DNA of 64,000 nt from Gemmatimonadota bacterium (GCA_965116475.1 OZ220691.1:32001-96000), one strand, 5' to 3'. Shown: positions 21,061 through 32,564, counted from the first letter of the stretch. Program-made: numbers and translations. Notes: generated by a model from the letters alone, not told the origin.

Positions 21061-21684
21061 TCAAGGAATGTCGCCCTCCGAAGCGCCCTTCGCGGCACCT
21101 TCGGAAGCGCCCTCCGAGGCACCTTCCGAGATACCCTCCGAACCTCCTCCCAGACCCTCCAGTGCGGCCCAGCGCGCATCGGGTTCCGGCGGCGGGCAGC
21201 GACACGCCTGTTCCGCGCGCCGCGCGCCGCACGCCGGGCACAGTCCCGGGCAGTCGGCCGAGCACTCCACCCAGGCGGGCGCATGGACCCACAACTCCTC
21301 GCGGAGAGGCCCCGCCAGATCCAGTTCGCCCGACCCGGTGTCCAGCGCCCAAACCCCCTCTTCCCCCGGCGCGACCCGGCCGGGCGGACGGTACAGCGCG
21401 GCCCACTTCGCGCGTACGCGAACCGGCGTCGGATCGAGACAGCGGCGGCACTCGACGGTGGCCCGCGCGGCGAGCGTGCCGCGGGCGCGAACCGCGGACC
21501 CATCCGCCTTCCGGACTTCGACCTCGACATCGATGTACTCGAAGGTCAGCGGCAGGACGCCGAGCGAGTCACCCGGCGCCTCGACGCGAAACGCCCGCTC
21601 GATGGGGCCGGCGTCGAGCCCCGCAAGTCCGATGCGCGCGGGCTCCGCCGGGTCGGGCGATGGCGATGCGCGCCGCGGACTCAC
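21061..21684 (-). CDS. yceD: YceD/DUF177 family protein
   Basis: ECRRCL, CSADCPGLCPACG, DARWAAL; upstream of rpmF. Confidence 0.88.
   Translation of the reverse strand: MSPRRASPSPDPAEPARIGLAGLDAGPIERAFRVEAPGDSLGVLPLTFEYIDVEVEVRKADGSAVRARGTLAARATVECRRCLDPTPVRVRAKWAALYRPPGRVAPGEEGVWALDTGSGELDLAGPLREELWVHAPAWVECSADCPGLCPACGARRAEQACRCPPPEPDARWAALEGLGGGSEGISEGASEGASEGAAKGASEGDIP
21073..21144 (-). repeat. 12-bp coding tandem repeat x6 (GSEGISEGASEGASEGAAKGASEG) at the YceD C-terminus
   Basis: Units gccctccgaagc / gcccttcgcggc / accttcggaagc / gccctccgaggc / accttccgagat / accctccgaacc. Confidence 0.8.
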
Positions 21685-22106
21685 GCGCTTTCGATGAGGT
21701 CGACCTGTCCGAAGAAAAAGCCGAGTTCCCCCCTCGCGTTTTCGTCGGAGTCGGAGCCGTGGATCGCGTTGCGCTCCTTGCTCTCCGCGTACAGCGAGCG
21801 CACGGTGCCCGGCGCGGCCTCCGCCGGATCCGTGGCGCCGATGACCTCGCGCAGGTAGGGCACGGCCCGTTCGTGTTCCAGCGCGAGGGCCATGCAGGGC
21901 CCCGACGTCATGAACTCCACGAGCGCCCCGAAGAAGGGCCGCTCCCGGTGCACCGCGTAGAACGCTTCCGCACCGGCCCGCCCGAGCCGCAGCACCCGTG
22001 AGCCCCGTATGCGAAAACCCGCGTCCTCGAGCGCGGCGAGCACCCGGCCGGCCTTCCCGGACCCGAACGCATCGGGCTTGATGATCGCGAGCGTCATCGT
22101 CTGCAC
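21681..22106 (-). CDS. ndk: Nucleoside diphosphate kinase
   Basis: TLAIIKPDA, FYAVHRERPFF, NAIHGSDS. Confidence 0.98.
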   Translation of the reverse strand: MQTMTLAIIKPDAFGSGKAGRVLAALEDAGFRIRGSRVLRLGRAGAEAFYAVHRERPFFGALVEFMTSGPCMALALEHERAVPYLREVIGATDPAEAAPGTVRSLYAESKERNAIHGSDSDENARGELGFFFGQVDLIESA

Positions 22107-22110
22107 GGCT

Positions 22111-22572
22111 TCACTCCCCTTTCGTTTCCTTCGCTTCGTTCGTTTCGCCTTCCGTGTCCTCGGCGTCCCGAAGAAGGAGTCTTCGGATGATGTCGCCGCG
22201 CGTCAGAAACCCGACGAGCTGGCCCTCGCGGACAACCGGCAGGCGTTCGATTTCCCTGTCCAGCATCAGACGAACCACGTTGGCGAGCGGTTCGTCCTCC
22301 TTCACGCACATCACGGCGCGTTCCATGATGTCGCGGACCTCGCCGGCGTGGGCGCTTCCCGCCGCCGGCGCGCCCACCTCGGCCCGCTCGAGCGCGGGGA
22401 GGAGGCCGCTGATCAGCAGGCGGTCCGTGAGCATCCCGAGCACATGGCCCTCGTCATCGATGACCGGCATGGCGCGGAGCCGCTTCCGCGCGAGCATATC
22501 CGCCGCCTCCTCCAGCGCCATTCCGGGAGCGGCCGTCGTCACGTCGCGGGTCATGATCTCCCGTACCTTCAT
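22111..22572 (-). CDS. Stand-alone CBS-pair protein
   Basis: MKVREIMT, MPVIDDEGHVLGML, VRDIM, LPVVREGQLVGFLTRGDII; SD AGGAGG. Confidence 0.9.
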   Translation of the reverse strand: MKVREIMTRDVTTAAPGMALEEAADMLARKRLRAMPVIDDEGHVLGMLTDRLLISGLLPALERAEVGAPAAGSAHAGEVRDIMERAVMCVKEDEPLANVVRLMLDREIERLPVVREGQLVGFLTRGDIIRRLLLRDAEDTEGETNEAKETKGE

Positions 22573-22619
22573 TGCCGCCTCCTGCCGGTTCTGCGTCGCA
22601 GCGGTCCCGACCCGAATCG

Positions 22620-23489
22620 CTAGCAGCGGTCGCGGATGAGGTCCACAAGGTCGGCGGGTCTCCGCGCGACCCCGATCCCGTGGCCCTCGAAGGCGCGGAT
22701 CTTCTCCTCCGCCGTCCCCTCGGAGCCCGAGATGATCGCGCCCGCGTGCCCCATGCGCCGGCCGGGCGGCGCCGTCTGGCCCGCGATGAATCCGACCACG
22801 GGTTTGCTCATCTCCCGCGACACGTACTCCGCCGCCACCTGCTCGTCCGTCCCGCCGATCTCCCCGATCACCGCGACGGCCTCGGTCTCCGGATCGGCCT
22901 CGAACGCCGCCAGGCAATCGACGAAGTCCGTGCCGATGAGCGGGTCGCCGCCGATCCCGACGCAGGCGGACTGCCCGATCCCGGCCCGCGTGAGCTGAAA
23001 GATGACCTCGTAGGTGAGGGTGCCGGAACGGCTCACGATGCCGACCGGCCCCTCGCGCACGATCTGTCCGGGGAGGATACCTACCTTGCCGCGGCCGGGG
23101 ACGATGAGCCCCGGGCAGTTGGGGCCGATGAGGCGCGCGCCCTTCTCCCGCACGTACGGGAGCACCCGCAGCATGTCCCCGACCGGCACGCCCTCGGTGA
23201 TGCAGACGATGAGCGCGATCCCCGCGTCCGCCGCCTCGAACACCGCGTCCGCCGCGAAGCGCGCCGGCACGTAGATGACGCTCGTGTTCGCCTCCGCCTC
23301 GGCCACCGCCTCCTCCACGGTGTCGAACACGGGCACGGCCTCGTCGAACGTCCGGCCGCCCTTCCCCGGCGTCACGCCCGCCACGACGCGCGTGCCGTAC
23401 TCCATCATCTGCCGCGTGTGGAACGAGCCGTCGCGCCCCGTGATCCCCTGGACGACGAGCCTCGTGTCGTCTCCGATGAAGATCCCCAT
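22620..23489 (-). CDS. sucD: Succinyl-CoA synthetase alpha subunit
   Basis: [38 protein letters not shown]. Confidence 0.98.
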   Translation of the reverse strand: MGIFIGDDTRLVVQGITGRDGSFHTRQMMEYGTRVVAGVTPGKGGRTFDEAVPVFDTVEEAVAEAEANTSVIYVPARFAADAVFEAADAGIALIVCITEGVPVGDMLRVLPYVREKGARLIGPNCPGLIVPGRGKVGILPGQIVREGPVGIVSRSGTLTYEVIFQLTRAGIGQSACVGIGGDPLIGTDFVDCLAAFEADPETEAVAVIGEIGGTDEQVAAEYVSREMSKPVVGFIAGQTAPPGRRMGHAGAIISGSEGTAEEKIRAFEGHGIGVARRPADLVDLIRDRC

Positions 23490-24667
23490 CAGCGGCCCCC
23501 GTCCCCGGGCTCGCCGCCCGCGCTGCCGCCGGCACTGTCGCCCGCACGGCGGACGGCCGTCTCGACCGCCCGGTCCATGTCCACCATCGCCGCGAATCCC
23601 CGCGCAGCGAGGATCGCAACCCCCTCCTCCTCGTTGGTTCCCGTGAGGCGGATCGTGATCGGCACCCCCAGCTCCATGCGGTTCGTCGCCTCCACGATCC
23701 CGTTCGCGACATCGTCGCAGCGCGTGATCCCGCCGAAGATGTTGAACAGAATGGAGTTCACCTTCGGGTCCTCGGTGATGAGTTCGAGCGCCGCCACGAC
23801 CTTGTCGGGATTCGAGGACCCCCCGATGTCGAGGAAGTTCGCGGGTTCGCCGCCGTAGTACTTGACCAGGTCCATCGTGGCCATCGCGAGGCCCGCTCCG
23901 TTCACGCAGCACCCGACGTTGCCGTCGAGCTGGATGTAGGAGAGTTCGGCCTCGCGCGCCCGCGCCTCGGCCGGATTCTCCGCCTCCGTGTCGCGAAGCG
24001 CCGCGATCTCCGGCAGCCGGAAGAGGGCGTTGTCATCGATGTTCATCTTCGCGTCGATCGCCTTCACCTCGCCGGCGGGGTTCACGATCATGGGGTTGAT
24101 TTCCGCCAGCGTGGCGCCGCTCGCCCGGTACGCCTCGTAGAGCTTCGCGATGATGGACGAAGCCTGCCGCGCCGTGCGCGGATCGTCGTACAGGTGATGG
24201 CCGAGGAGGGCCGCCTGGTGGGCGAGGAGCCCGTAGCGCGGGTCTACGGCGACCTTCCGGATCGCCTCCGGCATCGTGGCGGCGACTTCCTCGATGTCGA
24301 CGCCGCCCTCCGACGAGACCATGATCGTGTCCGCCTGGCGCGCGCGGTCGAGCACGATGCCGACGAAGGCCTCCGATGCGATGTCCTCGGCCGGCGCCAC
24401 GAGGACGCGCCGCACCTCGATCCCCTTGATCTCCATCCCGAGGATGGCTTCGGCGGCGGCGCGCGTCTCCGGCGGCGTCGCGGCGAGCTTGACGCCTCCC
24501 GCCTTGCCGCGTCCGCCGGCGTGGACCTGGGCCTTGACGACGACCGCTCCGCCGAAGCGCTCGGCCGCCGCCGCGGCTTCCTCCGCCGTCGCGGCGACCT
24601 CGGCCTCCGGCACCGGGATGCCGTGCCGCGCGAGGATCCGCCGCGCCTGGTATTCGTGAATGTTCAT
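23489..24667 (-). CDS. sucC: Succinyl-CoA synthetase beta subunit
   Basis: [46 protein letters not shown]. Confidence 0.98.
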   Translation of the reverse strand: MNIHEYQARRILARHGIPVPEAEVAATAEEAAAAAERFGGAVVVKAQVHAGGRGKAGGVKLAATPPETRAAAEAILGMEIKGIEVRRVLVAPAEDIASEAFVGIVLDRARQADTIMVSSEGGVDIEEVAATMPEAIRKVAVDPRYGLLAHQAALLGHHLYDDPRTARQASSIIAKLYEAYRASGATLAEINPMIVNPAGEVKAIDAKMNIDDNALFRLPEIAALRDTEAENPAEARAREAELSYIQLDGNVGCCVNGAGLAMATMDLVKYYGGEPANFLDIGGSSNPDKVVAALELITEDPKVNSILFNIFGGITRCDDVANGIVEATNRMELGVPITIRLTGTNEEEGVAILAARGFAAMVDMDRAVETAVRRAGDSAGGSAGGEPGDGGR

Positions 24668-24735
24668 CGGATCGTCATCATGGAATCGTCGTCATATCCC
24701 TTCTGGTCCCCGGTGGGGAGCCTTCGAATCTCGCT

Positions 24736-26103
24736 TCAAACCGCCGGCAGGTCGACCCCCTGACCGGCCAGGAACGTCCGCGCCACCTCCGCGATCTCCC
24801 GCAGACGCTCCTCCGTGTCCGCCTCCACGCGCGCCACCACGACCGGCTGGGTGTTGCTCGCCCGGATCAGCAGCCACCCGCCGTCGAACAGCACGCGCAC
24901 GCCGTCGATGTCGATGACCTCGTACCGCTCGCTGAAGAAGCGCACGGCCTCCGCCACGAGGCCGAACTTCCGCTCTTCGGGACAGTCCAGGCGCAGTTCG
25001 GGCGTGGCCGGATAGCTCGGAATCTCCGCCGCCAACTCCGAGAGCCGGCGTCCCGAGCGGGACACGAGACCCGCGAGGCGGGCGGCCGCGTAGATCGCGT
25101 CGTCGGTGCCGAAGAACCTGTCCGCAAAGCAGATATGGCCGCTCATCTCACCCGCGATGGGAGATCCCCCGGCCCGCATCCGCTCCTTGATGAGCGAGTG
25201 CCCCGTCTTCCACATCACGGGAACGCCACCGTGGGCCCGGATGACCCGCGGCAACGCCTGCGAGCACTTCACGTCGAAGACGACCTCGGCTCCGGGCCGT
25301 TCCGCCAGCACTTCCAGCGCGAACAGAAGCAGCAGGTGATCGCCCCGGATGATCTTCCCTTCCTCGGTCACCGCGCCGATCCGGTCCGCGTCTCCGTCGA
25401 GCCCGACGCCCAGATCCGCCGAGGTTCCCCGGACGCGTGCGATGAGGTCCTGCACGTACTCATCCACGGTCGGGTCCGGGTGGTGGTTGGGGAAGGTCCC
25501 GTCGGACTCGCAGTAGAGGCCGTCCACATCGACGCCCGCGGCGGTCAGGGCCCGTACCGCGACGACGCTCCCCACCCCGTTCCCGCAGTCGAGCACCATG
25601 CGCACGTCGCCCTCGACGCGTCCGCGCGTGGCGATCTCCTCCACGTAGCGGTCGAGGATCGCCGCCTCCCGCACCTCCCCACGGCCCGACGCTAACGCCT
25701 CCGCCTCGATCCGGTCTCGCAGGGCCCGGATCGCCGGGCCGTAGAGCGCCGCGCCGTCCCGCACCATCTTGATCCCATTGTACTCGGGGGGATTGTGGGA
25801 TCCGGTGATCTGAATCCCCGCGTCCGTCCCGAACTCGATGGCCGCGAAATAGAGGGCCGGCGTGGGTACCGTCCCGACCGTCGTCACGTCGACCCCGGCG
25901 GCGCACAGACCGCGGCACACGGCGGCCGAGAGCGCCGGAGACGAGGGCCGGTTGTCGTGTCCGACGACGACGCGCGGCGCCGGACGGTCCGCGAGTTCCG
26001 TCCCGAAGGCGTGCCCCACGAGTTGGGCCGCCGTCTCCGTCAGGTCGTCCCCGACGATCCCGCGAATGTCGTATTCGCGGAAGATTCCGGAGTGGATCGG
26101 CAT
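24736..26103 (-). CDS. Phosphomannomutase/phosphoglucomutase (AlgC type)
   Basis: IFREYDIRG, TGSHNP, DGDADR, GEMSGH, RASNT. Confidence 0.95.
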   Translation of the reverse strand: MPIHSGIFREYDIRGIVGDDLTETAAQLVGHAFGTELADRPAPRVVVGHDNRPSSPALSAAVCRGLCAAGVDVTTVGTVPTPALYFAAIEFGTDAGIQITGSHNPPEYNGIKMVRDGAALYGPAIRALRDRIEAEALASGRGEVREAAILDRYVEEIATRGRVEGDVRMVLDCGNGVGSVVAVRALTAAGVDVDGLYCESDGTFPNHHPDPTVDEYVQDLIARVRGTSADLGVGLDGDADRIGAVTEEGKIIRGDHLLLLFALEVLAERPGAEVVFDVKCSQALPRVIRAHGGVPVMWKTGHSLIKERMRAGGSPIAGEMSGHICFADRFFGTDDAIYAAARLAGLVSRSGRRLSELAAEIPSYPATPELRLDCPEERKFGLVAEAVRFFSERYEVIDIDGVRVLFDGGWLLIRASNTQPVVVARVEADTEERLREIAEVARTFLAGQGVDLPAV

Positions 26104-27596
26104 CAGGGAGTCGGCGGATCCTCGGCCTGGACCACCATGCCCGGCGCCGGCGCATCCGCGAGGGCCTCGCGGGCCCGGTCGATGATGCGTCCCGGGAAGA
26201 GGCCGCCGAGCAGGATCAGAGCCACGCACGTCCCGATCACGAGGTTGAACCCCGGCCGCGGCGGCGGCGGCGTGCGGGCGTCCTCGGGCGCCGCCTCGAA
26301 GTACATCTTCCACACCACGCGGAGGTAGTAGTAGTAGGCGACGAGGCTCGTCAGAACGAGCGTGACCGCGAGCGAAATCTCCCCCGCATCCACCGCGGCG
26401 CGCAGCAGGTACAGCTTGCCGACGAAGCCCGCCGTGGGCGGGAAGCCGGCCAGCGAGAGGAGGAAGACGAGAAGCGCGGCTCCCAGCACCGGACGCCGCC
26501 AGCCCAGCCCCCGGTAGTCGCGCACGCGCTGGTTCCGGTCGCCCCGCCCCGCTACGTGGAAGACGATGGCGAAGCTCCCCGCCGTCACGACGGTGTACGC
26601 CGCGAGGTAGAACAGCGACGCGGACCGGCCCAGTTCGGAGGCCGCGACGACGCCGACGAGGAGATACCCGGCGTGCGCCACCGAGGAGTAGGCAAGCATC
26701 CGCTTCACGTCCCGCTGCGAGAGCGCGACCAGGTTGGGCACGATCATGGTGAGGATCGCCAGCCACCACACGGCGCCCTTCCACACTTCGGCCGCGCCCC
26801 CCAGGTCCACGGTCAGTACGCGCAGGAGCGCGATGAAGGCGGCCGCCTTGACCCCCGTCGCCATGAACGAGGTGACCGGCGTGGGGGCGCCGTCGTAGGC
26901 GTCCGGGGCCCACATGTGGAAGGGGACGGCGGCGATCTTGAACGCGAAGCCGATGAGCAGGAGGCCGATGCCCGCGACGAGGAGGAGGTCCCCCCCGGCC
27001 GGCGCGGCCGCGATCCGTTCGGCGGCGGTGGCGAGGCGCGTCGTCCCGGTAGCCCCGTACAGGAGCGCGATCCCGTACACGACGAAGGCGCTCGCGAAGG
27101 CGCCGACGATGAAGTACTTGAGGCTCGCCTCGGAGGAGCGCGGGTTCTTCCGCACGAACCCGGTGAGGACGTAGACGGAGATCGACATCAACTCGAGGCC
27201 GACGAAGAGGAGGATCAGGTCGCGCGCCGCCACGAGCACCATCATCCCGACGAGGGCGAGGAGAATCAGCGCGTGGAACTCCGGAGACCGCAGTCCCTCC
27301 CGGCTCAGGTAGTCGCGCGAGAGCGACACCACGAGCAGAGCTCCGCCGCACAGGATCGTGTCCGCCGCCACGCGGAAGCCGTCGAGCGCGATCATCGCGC
27401 CCGGCGGAGCGGAAGCGTCCATGAGCCACAGGCTCGCGATGAACGCGCCGGCAATGGCGTAGAGCGTGACGAGACAGTCGACGGACATCCGCCCGCCGCC
27501 TCCCCCGTCCGTGCGCACGAAGGCGTCGCGCATGAGGATGAACATGGCGGCCAGCGACAGCAGGACCTCCGGCAGGAGCGCGACCCAGTGATTCAC
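26103..27596 (-). CDS. nuoN: NADH-quinone oxidoreductase subunit N
   Basis: GLELMSIS, EASLKYF, FKIAAVPFHMWAPDAY, KRMLAYSSVAH. Confidence 0.95.
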   Translation of the reverse strand: MNHWVALLPEVLLSLAAMFILMRDAFVRTDGGGGGRMSVDCLVTLYAIAGAFIASLWLMDASAPPGAMIALDGFRVAADTILCGGALLVVSLSRDYLSREGLRSPEFHALILLALVGMMVLVAARDLILLFVGLELMSISVYVLTGFVRKNPRSSEASLKYFIVGAFASAFVVYGIALLYGATGTTRLATAAERIAAAPAGGDLLLVAGIGLLLIGFAFKIAAVPFHMWAPDAYDGAPTPVTSFMATGVKAAAFIALLRVLTVDLGGAAEVWKGAVWWLAILTMIVPNLVALSQRDVKRMLAYSSVAHAGYLLVGVVAASELGRSASLFYLAAYTVVTAGSFAIVFHVAGRGDRNQRVRDYRGLGWRRPVLGAALLVFLLSLAGFPPTAGFVGKLYLLRAAVDAGEISLAVTLVLTSLVAYYYYLRVVWKMYFEAAPEDARTPPPPRPGFNLVIGTCVALILLGGLFPGRIIDRAREALADAPAPGMVVQAEDPPTP

Positions 27597-27597
27597 G

Positions 27598-29151
27598 TCA
27601 CTCCCCTCCCCCGGCTTCGGACCCGACGTCGAGCCCAACCTCCGCCGTTCGCGTCTCCACGTGCTCGATCAGCGCCTCCACGGACGCCCGCGTCCGGTTC
27701 AGGAAGGGGCCCGGCCACACGCCGATGAGCAGGATCAGCGCGAGCAGCGGCGCGAGGATCAGGCGTTCGCGGCGGTTCACGTCGGTGAGCGCCCGGTTCT
27801 CCTCGCGGTCGAGGCGGTTGAAGAGGACGCGCTGCACCATGGGCAGCATGTAGCAGGCCGCGAAGATCACGCCCGTCGTCGCGATGGCCGCGATCCAGGG
27901 GTGCGTCCTGAACGTCCCCACGAGGATGAGGAACTCGCCCACGAAGCCGTTCGTCCCCGGCAGCCCGACGGAGGACAGCGCGACGACGACGAGCGCGAAG
28001 GCGAACACCGGCATCACCCTGGCGATGCCGCCGAAGTCCGCGATGCGCCGCGAGTGGCGCCGCTCGTACAGCATCCCGATGAGGAGGAAGAGCGCCCCGG
28101 TCGAGATCCCGTGGTTCACCATCTGGAGGATGCCGCCCTCGATCCCCTGCGTCGTGAGCCCGAACACGCCGAGCACGACGAAGCCGAGGTGGGCGACCGA
28201 GGTGTAGGCGATGAGTTTCTTCGCGTCCGGCTGCACCGCCGCCACCCAGGCCGCGTAGAGGATCCCGATCAGCCCCAGCACGAGCATCGCGTTCACGACC
28301 CCCGGGTCCGTCGCCGCGGCCGGGAAGAAGGGGAGCCCGAAGCGCAGGAACCCGTACACCCCCATCTTGAGCAGCACGCCCGCCAGGATCACGGAACCCG
28401 CCGTCGGCGCCTCCACGTGCGCGTCCGGCAGCCAGGTGTGGAACGGGAAGAGCGGCACCTTGATCGCGAACGCGAGCGCGAACCCCGCGAAGAGCCACAG
28501 TTGCGTCCGCCGCGCGAGATCCAGCGACACGAGATCCTCGTAGGCGAAGCTCCACGCCCCCGAGCCGTCCTGGAAGATCCACGCGAGGGTCACGATCGCG
28601 ACCAGCATGAGGAGCGAGCCCACCGCCGTGTAGAGGAAGAACTTCACGGCGGAATAGATCCGGCGCTCCCCGCCCCAGACCCCGATGAGGAAGTACATCG
28701 GGATCAGCATGATCTCCCAGAACACGTAGAACAGGAAGAGATCGAGAGCGACGAAGACGCCGATCATCCCCGTCGTGAGGAAGAGGAGCATCGCGTAGAA
28801 GGCGCGCTCGCGGCGCCGGATGTAGGAGAAGGAGCCCGCGACGGCCAGCGGCATCGTGAAGGTCGTGAGCAGGATCATGAGGATGGAGATCCCGTCCACG
28901 CCCACCGCGTAGGAGATCCCCCACGCCTCGATCCACGGGATGGAGACGAGATTCTGGAATCCCGGCTCCGCCGTGTCGAAGGTCCAGAAGAGCGGCAGCG
29001 AGAGCGCAAACAGGACGAGCGTCGTCGCGAGGGCGACGGTCTTCGCGCGCGCCTCGGGCGCCACGAGGCAGGCGGCCCCGCCCAGAAGGGGGAGGACCAC
29101 GAGCGCGGTCAGGATCCAGTGGGCGTCATAGAGCGCCATCACGGGGGCCAT
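27598..29151 (-). CDS. nuoM: NADH-quinone oxidoreductase subunit M
   Basis: FYVFWEIMLIP, PFHTWLPDAHVEAPT, LLKMG, QMVNHG. Confidence 0.96.
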   Translation of the reverse strand: MAPVMALYDAHWILTALVVLPLLGGAACLVAPEARAKTVALATTLVLFALSLPLFWTFDTAEPGFQNLVSIPWIEAWGISYAVGVDGISILMILLTTFTMPLAVAGSFSYIRRRERAFYAMLLFLTTGMIGVFVALDLFLFYVFWEIMLIPMYFLIGVWGGERRIYSAVKFFLYTAVGSLLMLVAIVTLAWIFQDGSGAWSFAYEDLVSLDLARRTQLWLFAGFALAFAIKVPLFPFHTWLPDAHVEAPTAGSVILAGVLLKMGVYGFLRFGLPFFPAAATDPGVVNAMLVLGLIGILYAAWVAAVQPDAKKLIAYTSVAHLGFVVLGVFGLTTQGIEGGILQMVNHGISTGALFLLIGMLYERRHSRRIADFGGIARVMPVFAFALVVVALSSVGLPGTNGFVGEFLILVGTFRTHPWIAAIATTGVIFAACYMLPMVQRVLFNRLDREENRALTDVNRRERLILAPLLALILLIGVWPGPFLNRTRASVEALIEHVETRTAEVGLDVGSEAGGGE

Positions 29152-31205
29152 CACGAGAGCACCCCGAGGATGAGCAGGGCCCCGAGCATGAAGGCGACGA
29201 GGTAGGTCGTCACGCGGCCCGTCTGCAGTTGTCCCCCGGCCCAGCCGAGGAGACGGGCGGCGCGCCCCGCGCCGTTCACCGCGCCGTCGATGAGGCCCGC
29301 GTCCACGATCCGCCAGCAGGCGCGCCACAGGGCGAGCGAGGGGCGGACGATCGCGCGATCGTACAGTTCATCCACGTACCACTTGTCGTGGAGCACGCGG
29401 GCGAACCCGGTCGGAGCCACGGCCTCCGCCTCCGTCGGCACCGGCTTCGGCGACAGGACGCGCACCGTCCCGACGACGGCGGCGATCGCGATCGCGGCGG
29501 AGATCACCGCCCACAGCGCCTCACCGCCCCCGACCGGGGACCGGTATTCGGGGGCGAAGCCGTGCGCCTCCTTGACGGCGATCGCCGGCGCGAACACCGG
29601 CTCGAGCCAGTGGTGCAGCCACTCGACGGTCGGGAGCAGCGGCAGCGCCTCGGGGATGTTCGCCCAGCCCCCGACGACCGAGAGGACGGCGAGCACCGCC
29701 AGCGGCGCCCACATGACGGCGGGCACTTCGTGCAGGCGCCGTCCGGCCTCCGCCCCTCCGCCGTGGCCGAAGGTCCGGTTCCCCCCGTGAAAGGTCATCA
29801 CCATGAGCCGCGCCATGTACACCGCCGTCAGCAGCGCCGTGGCGAGCGCGACGCCCCACAGGATCGGGTACCCGTACGCTCCCGAGTACCAGATGATCTC
29901 GTCCTTCGAGAAGAAGCCGGCCAGCGGCGGCACGCCCGCGATCGCGAGCGTCGCGATCCACATGAAGACGAACGTGCGGGGCATGAACTTCCGGAGCCCG
30001 CCGTGGTTCCGCATGTCGTTGGGGTCTCCGTGCCCGTCCCCGTGCTCGCCGTCTCCGTGCGCCCACGCATGGTGGACCGCGTGAATCACCGCCCCCGCGC
30101 CCAGGAAGAGGAGCGCCTTGAAGAAGGCGTGCGTCATCAGGTGGAAGACGCCGGCCGTAAACGCCCCCACCCCGACGGCGAGGAACATGTAGCCGAGCTG
30201 CGAGATCGTGGAGTACGCGAGCACCTTCTTGATGTCGTACTGCCGGATCGCGATCGAGGCCGCGAAGAGCGCCGTCCCCGCCCCCACCGCCGCGACCACC
30301 CCCTGGGCGACGGGCGAGAGCGCGAACAGGACGCTGGTGCGCGCGATGAGATAGACCCCCGCCGTCACCATCGTCGCCGCGTGAATGAGCGCCGAGACCG
30401 GCGTCGGGCCCGCCATTGCGTCCGGTAGCCAGGTATGGAGCGGGATCTGGGCCGATTTCCCGGTGCAGCCGAGGAAGAGGAGGAGCGTGATCCCGGTGAC
30501 GAGCGCGCCGCCGTACGCGAGCGTCCCGTCCGCCGCCTCGAGGACGGGGATGAAGTCCAGTGTCCCGAAGGCCGTGAACACGAGGAACATGGCGACGAGG
30601 AAGCCCGCGTCGCCGATCCGGTTCATGATGAACGCCTTCTTGCCCGCGTTCGCGTAGTCCCGGTTCTCGTACCAGAAGCCGATGAGCAGGTACGAGCATA
30701 GTCCCACGCCCTCCCAGCCCACGAACATCAGCGGGAAGCTGGCCCCGAGGACGAGGACGAGCATGAAGAAGACGAACAGGTTGAGATACGAGAAGTAGCG
30801 GGAATAGCCGGGATCGTCGCGCATGTAGCCGACGGAATAGATGTGGATCAGGCTCCCGACCCCGGTCACGATCATGCACATCAGCATCGAGAGCTGGTCG
30901 AACTGGAGGTCGACCCCGATGCTGAGGTCCCCGGACACGATCCAGCTCCACAGGCGGACGACTTCAGCGCCGTGCAGGTCCGCGCCGCTCATCGCGATGA
31001 AGTTGACGAGGACGACCGCGAAGCTCCCGAGCAGCGCCGCGGGTCCGACCAGCGTCGGGATCCGCTTGTCGTCGCGCCACAGGAAGGCCCCCGCCCCGTT
31101 CACGGCCGCCCCGAGCAGCGGGAGGGCCAGGATGAGCCACGGCAGCACCGGATGGAACCCGGCCCCCGCGCCCTCCTGCCCCGCCACCGCGCCGAGGCTC
31201 ACCAC
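29151..31205 (-). CDS. nuoL: NADH-quinone oxidoreductase subunit L
   Basis: [51 protein letters not shown]. Confidence 0.97.
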   Translation of the reverse strand: MVSLGAVAGQEGAGAGFHPVLPWLILALPLLGAAVNGAGAFLWRDDKRIPTLVGPAALLGSFAVVLVNFIAMSGADLHGAEVVRLWSWIVSGDLSIGVDLQFDQLSMLMCMIVTGVGSLIHIYSVGYMRDDPGYSRYFSYLNLFVFFMLVLVLGASFPLMFVGWEGVGLCSYLLIGFWYENRDYANAGKKAFIMNRIGDAGFLVAMFLVFTAFGTLDFIPVLEAADGTLAYGGALVTGITLLLFLGCTGKSAQIPLHTWLPDAMAGPTPVSALIHAATMVTAGVYLIARTSVLFALSPVAQGVVAAVGAGTALFAASIAIRQYDIKKVLAYSTISQLGYMFLAVGVGAFTAGVFHLMTHAFFKALLFLGAGAVIHAVHHAWAHGDGEHGDGHGDPNDMRNHGGLRKFMPRTFVFMWIATLAIAGVPPLAGFFSKDEIIWYSGAYGYPILWGVALATALLTAVYMARLMVMTFHGGNRTFGHGGGAEAGRRLHEVPAVMWAPLAVLAVLSVVGGWANIPEALPLLPTVEWLHHWLEPVFAPAIAVKEAHGFAPEYRSPVGGGEALWAVISAAIAIAAVVGTVRVLSPKPVPTEAEAVAPTGFARVLHDKWYVDELYDRAIVRPSLALWRACWRIVDAGLIDGAVNGAGRAARLLGWAGGQLQTGRVTTYLVAFMLGALLILGVLS

Positions 31206-31528
31206 TTCAGGAGCCGGAAGCGGTCGAGGTCCACGACTTCATAGTGCCGGAAGATCGCGATGATGATCGCGAGACCCACGGCGGCCTCCGCCGCGGCCAC
31301 GGCCATGACGAAGAAGACGAAGATCTGGCCCTCTATCCCGTGCATGCGCGAGAAGGCGACGAGCGACAGGTTCGCGGCATTCAGCATCAGCTCGACGCAC
31401 ATGAAGACGATGATCGCGTTGCGCCGCAGCAGCACCCCGATCACGCCGATCGTGAACAGGATCGCGCTCACGAAGAGGGCGATGAGTCCGTTCAGGCCGA
31501 GCGCGGCCGCCATGCCCGCCTCGTTCAC
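31199..31528 (-). CDS. nuoK: NADH-quinone oxidoreductase subunit K
   Basis: [26 protein letters not shown]. Confidence 0.96.
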   Translation of the reverse strand: MNEAGMAAALGLNGLIALFVSAILFTIGVIGVLLRRNAIIVFMCVELMLNAANLSLVAFSRMHGIEGQIFVFFVMAVAAAEAAVGLAIIIAIFRHYEVVDLDRFRLLKW

Positions 31529-32052
31529 GTCCGCTCCCTGCGGGCCAGCAGGATCGTCCCCACGATGGACACGAGCAGGAGGACGCCGGTGACCTCGAGG
31601 ACGATCGTGTACTCCGTAAAGAGCGGCCGGGCCACGACGCCGACCACGCCCTGTTCGGCGGCCGCCTCGCGCAGCGCGCCGCCGGCGATCTCCACGACCG
31701 GCCGGGCATCCGTCCCGCCCACGAAGAGGCGCGTGAGCACGCCGAGGAAGGCGATGGAGATCGAGCCGCCGATGAGCCCTCCCACCGGCCCCCGCAGGTC
31801 GCGCCAGTCCGCGTGCCCCAGGTTCAGGAGCATGAGGACGAAGAGGAAGAGGACCATGATGGCCCCCCCGTACAGGATCACGTTGATCGCCGCGATGTAG
31901 TGCGCGTCCAGCATGAGGAACATGCCCGACGTGGCGAAGAACACGCCGACCAGGAAGATCACGGCGGAGACGGGATTCCGGCGCGTGACCATGATCACTG
32001 CGCCCAGAATCGCGCCCGCCGCGAAGGCCTGAAAGAGGAAGTCCTGGATCAT
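31525..32052 (-). CDS. nuoJ: NADH-quinone oxidoreductase subunit J
   Basis: [24 protein letters not shown]. Confidence 0.95.
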   Translation of the reverse strand: MIQDFLFQAFAAGAILGAVIMVTRRNPVSAVIFLVGVFFATSGMFLMLDAHYIAAINVILYGGAIMVLFLFVLMLLNLGHADWRDLRGPVGGLIGGSISIAFLGVLTRLFVGGTDARPVVEIAGGALREAAAEQGVVGVVARPLFTEYTIVLEVTGVLLLVSIVGTILLARRERT

Positions 32053-32059
32053 TGCGCCA

Positions 32060-32557
32060 TCACTGCGACGCCGGGTCCTGCGGATCCCACAGCGCGGTCA
32101 CGTCGTGCTCCTGCTCGACGAGCCGCTCGAGGTCGTACACCCAGCGCTCGCGCGAGTACTCCGCGTTCTCGTAGTGCACGCCGAGGTGGATCGCCTCCAC
32201 CGGGCACACCTCCTGGCAGTAGCCGCAGAAGATGCAGCGGAACTCGTCGATCTCGTAGATCGCCGCGTAGCGCTCGCCGTTCTCGTCCTCCGCCGGCACC
32301 AGCTTGATGCAGTTCACCGGGCACACGGTCGGGCACAGGCCGCACGCGACGCACTTCGCCCGCCCGTCCTCGTGCACCTCCATGCGGTGCGTGCCGCGCG
32401 TCCGGGGCGCCAGTTCCCACTTCTCGTCCGGGTACTGCTGCGTCTTCTTGTTCGGGCTCAGGAGGTGCCGCATGGTGATCGACATCCCCTTCGCCGCCGC
32501 CCGCACGTACGAACTCTCGGCCCGCGGCCGCTCCACGACCTTCACGTCTCCAGGCAT
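32060..32557 (-). CDS. nuoI: NADH-quinone oxidoreductase subunit I
   Basis: Two ferredoxin motifs, CVACGLCPTVCP and CIFCGYCQEVCP. Confidence 0.96.
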   Translation of the reverse strand: MPGDVKVVERPRAESSYVRAAAKGMSITMRHLLSPNKKTQQYPDEKWELAPRTRGTHRMEVHEDGRAKCVACGLCPTVCPVNCIKLVPAEDENGERYAAIYEIDEFRCIFCGYCQEVCPVEAIHLGVHYENAEYSRERWVYDLERLVEQEHDVTALWDPQDPASQ

Positions 32558-32564
32558 CTGACCT

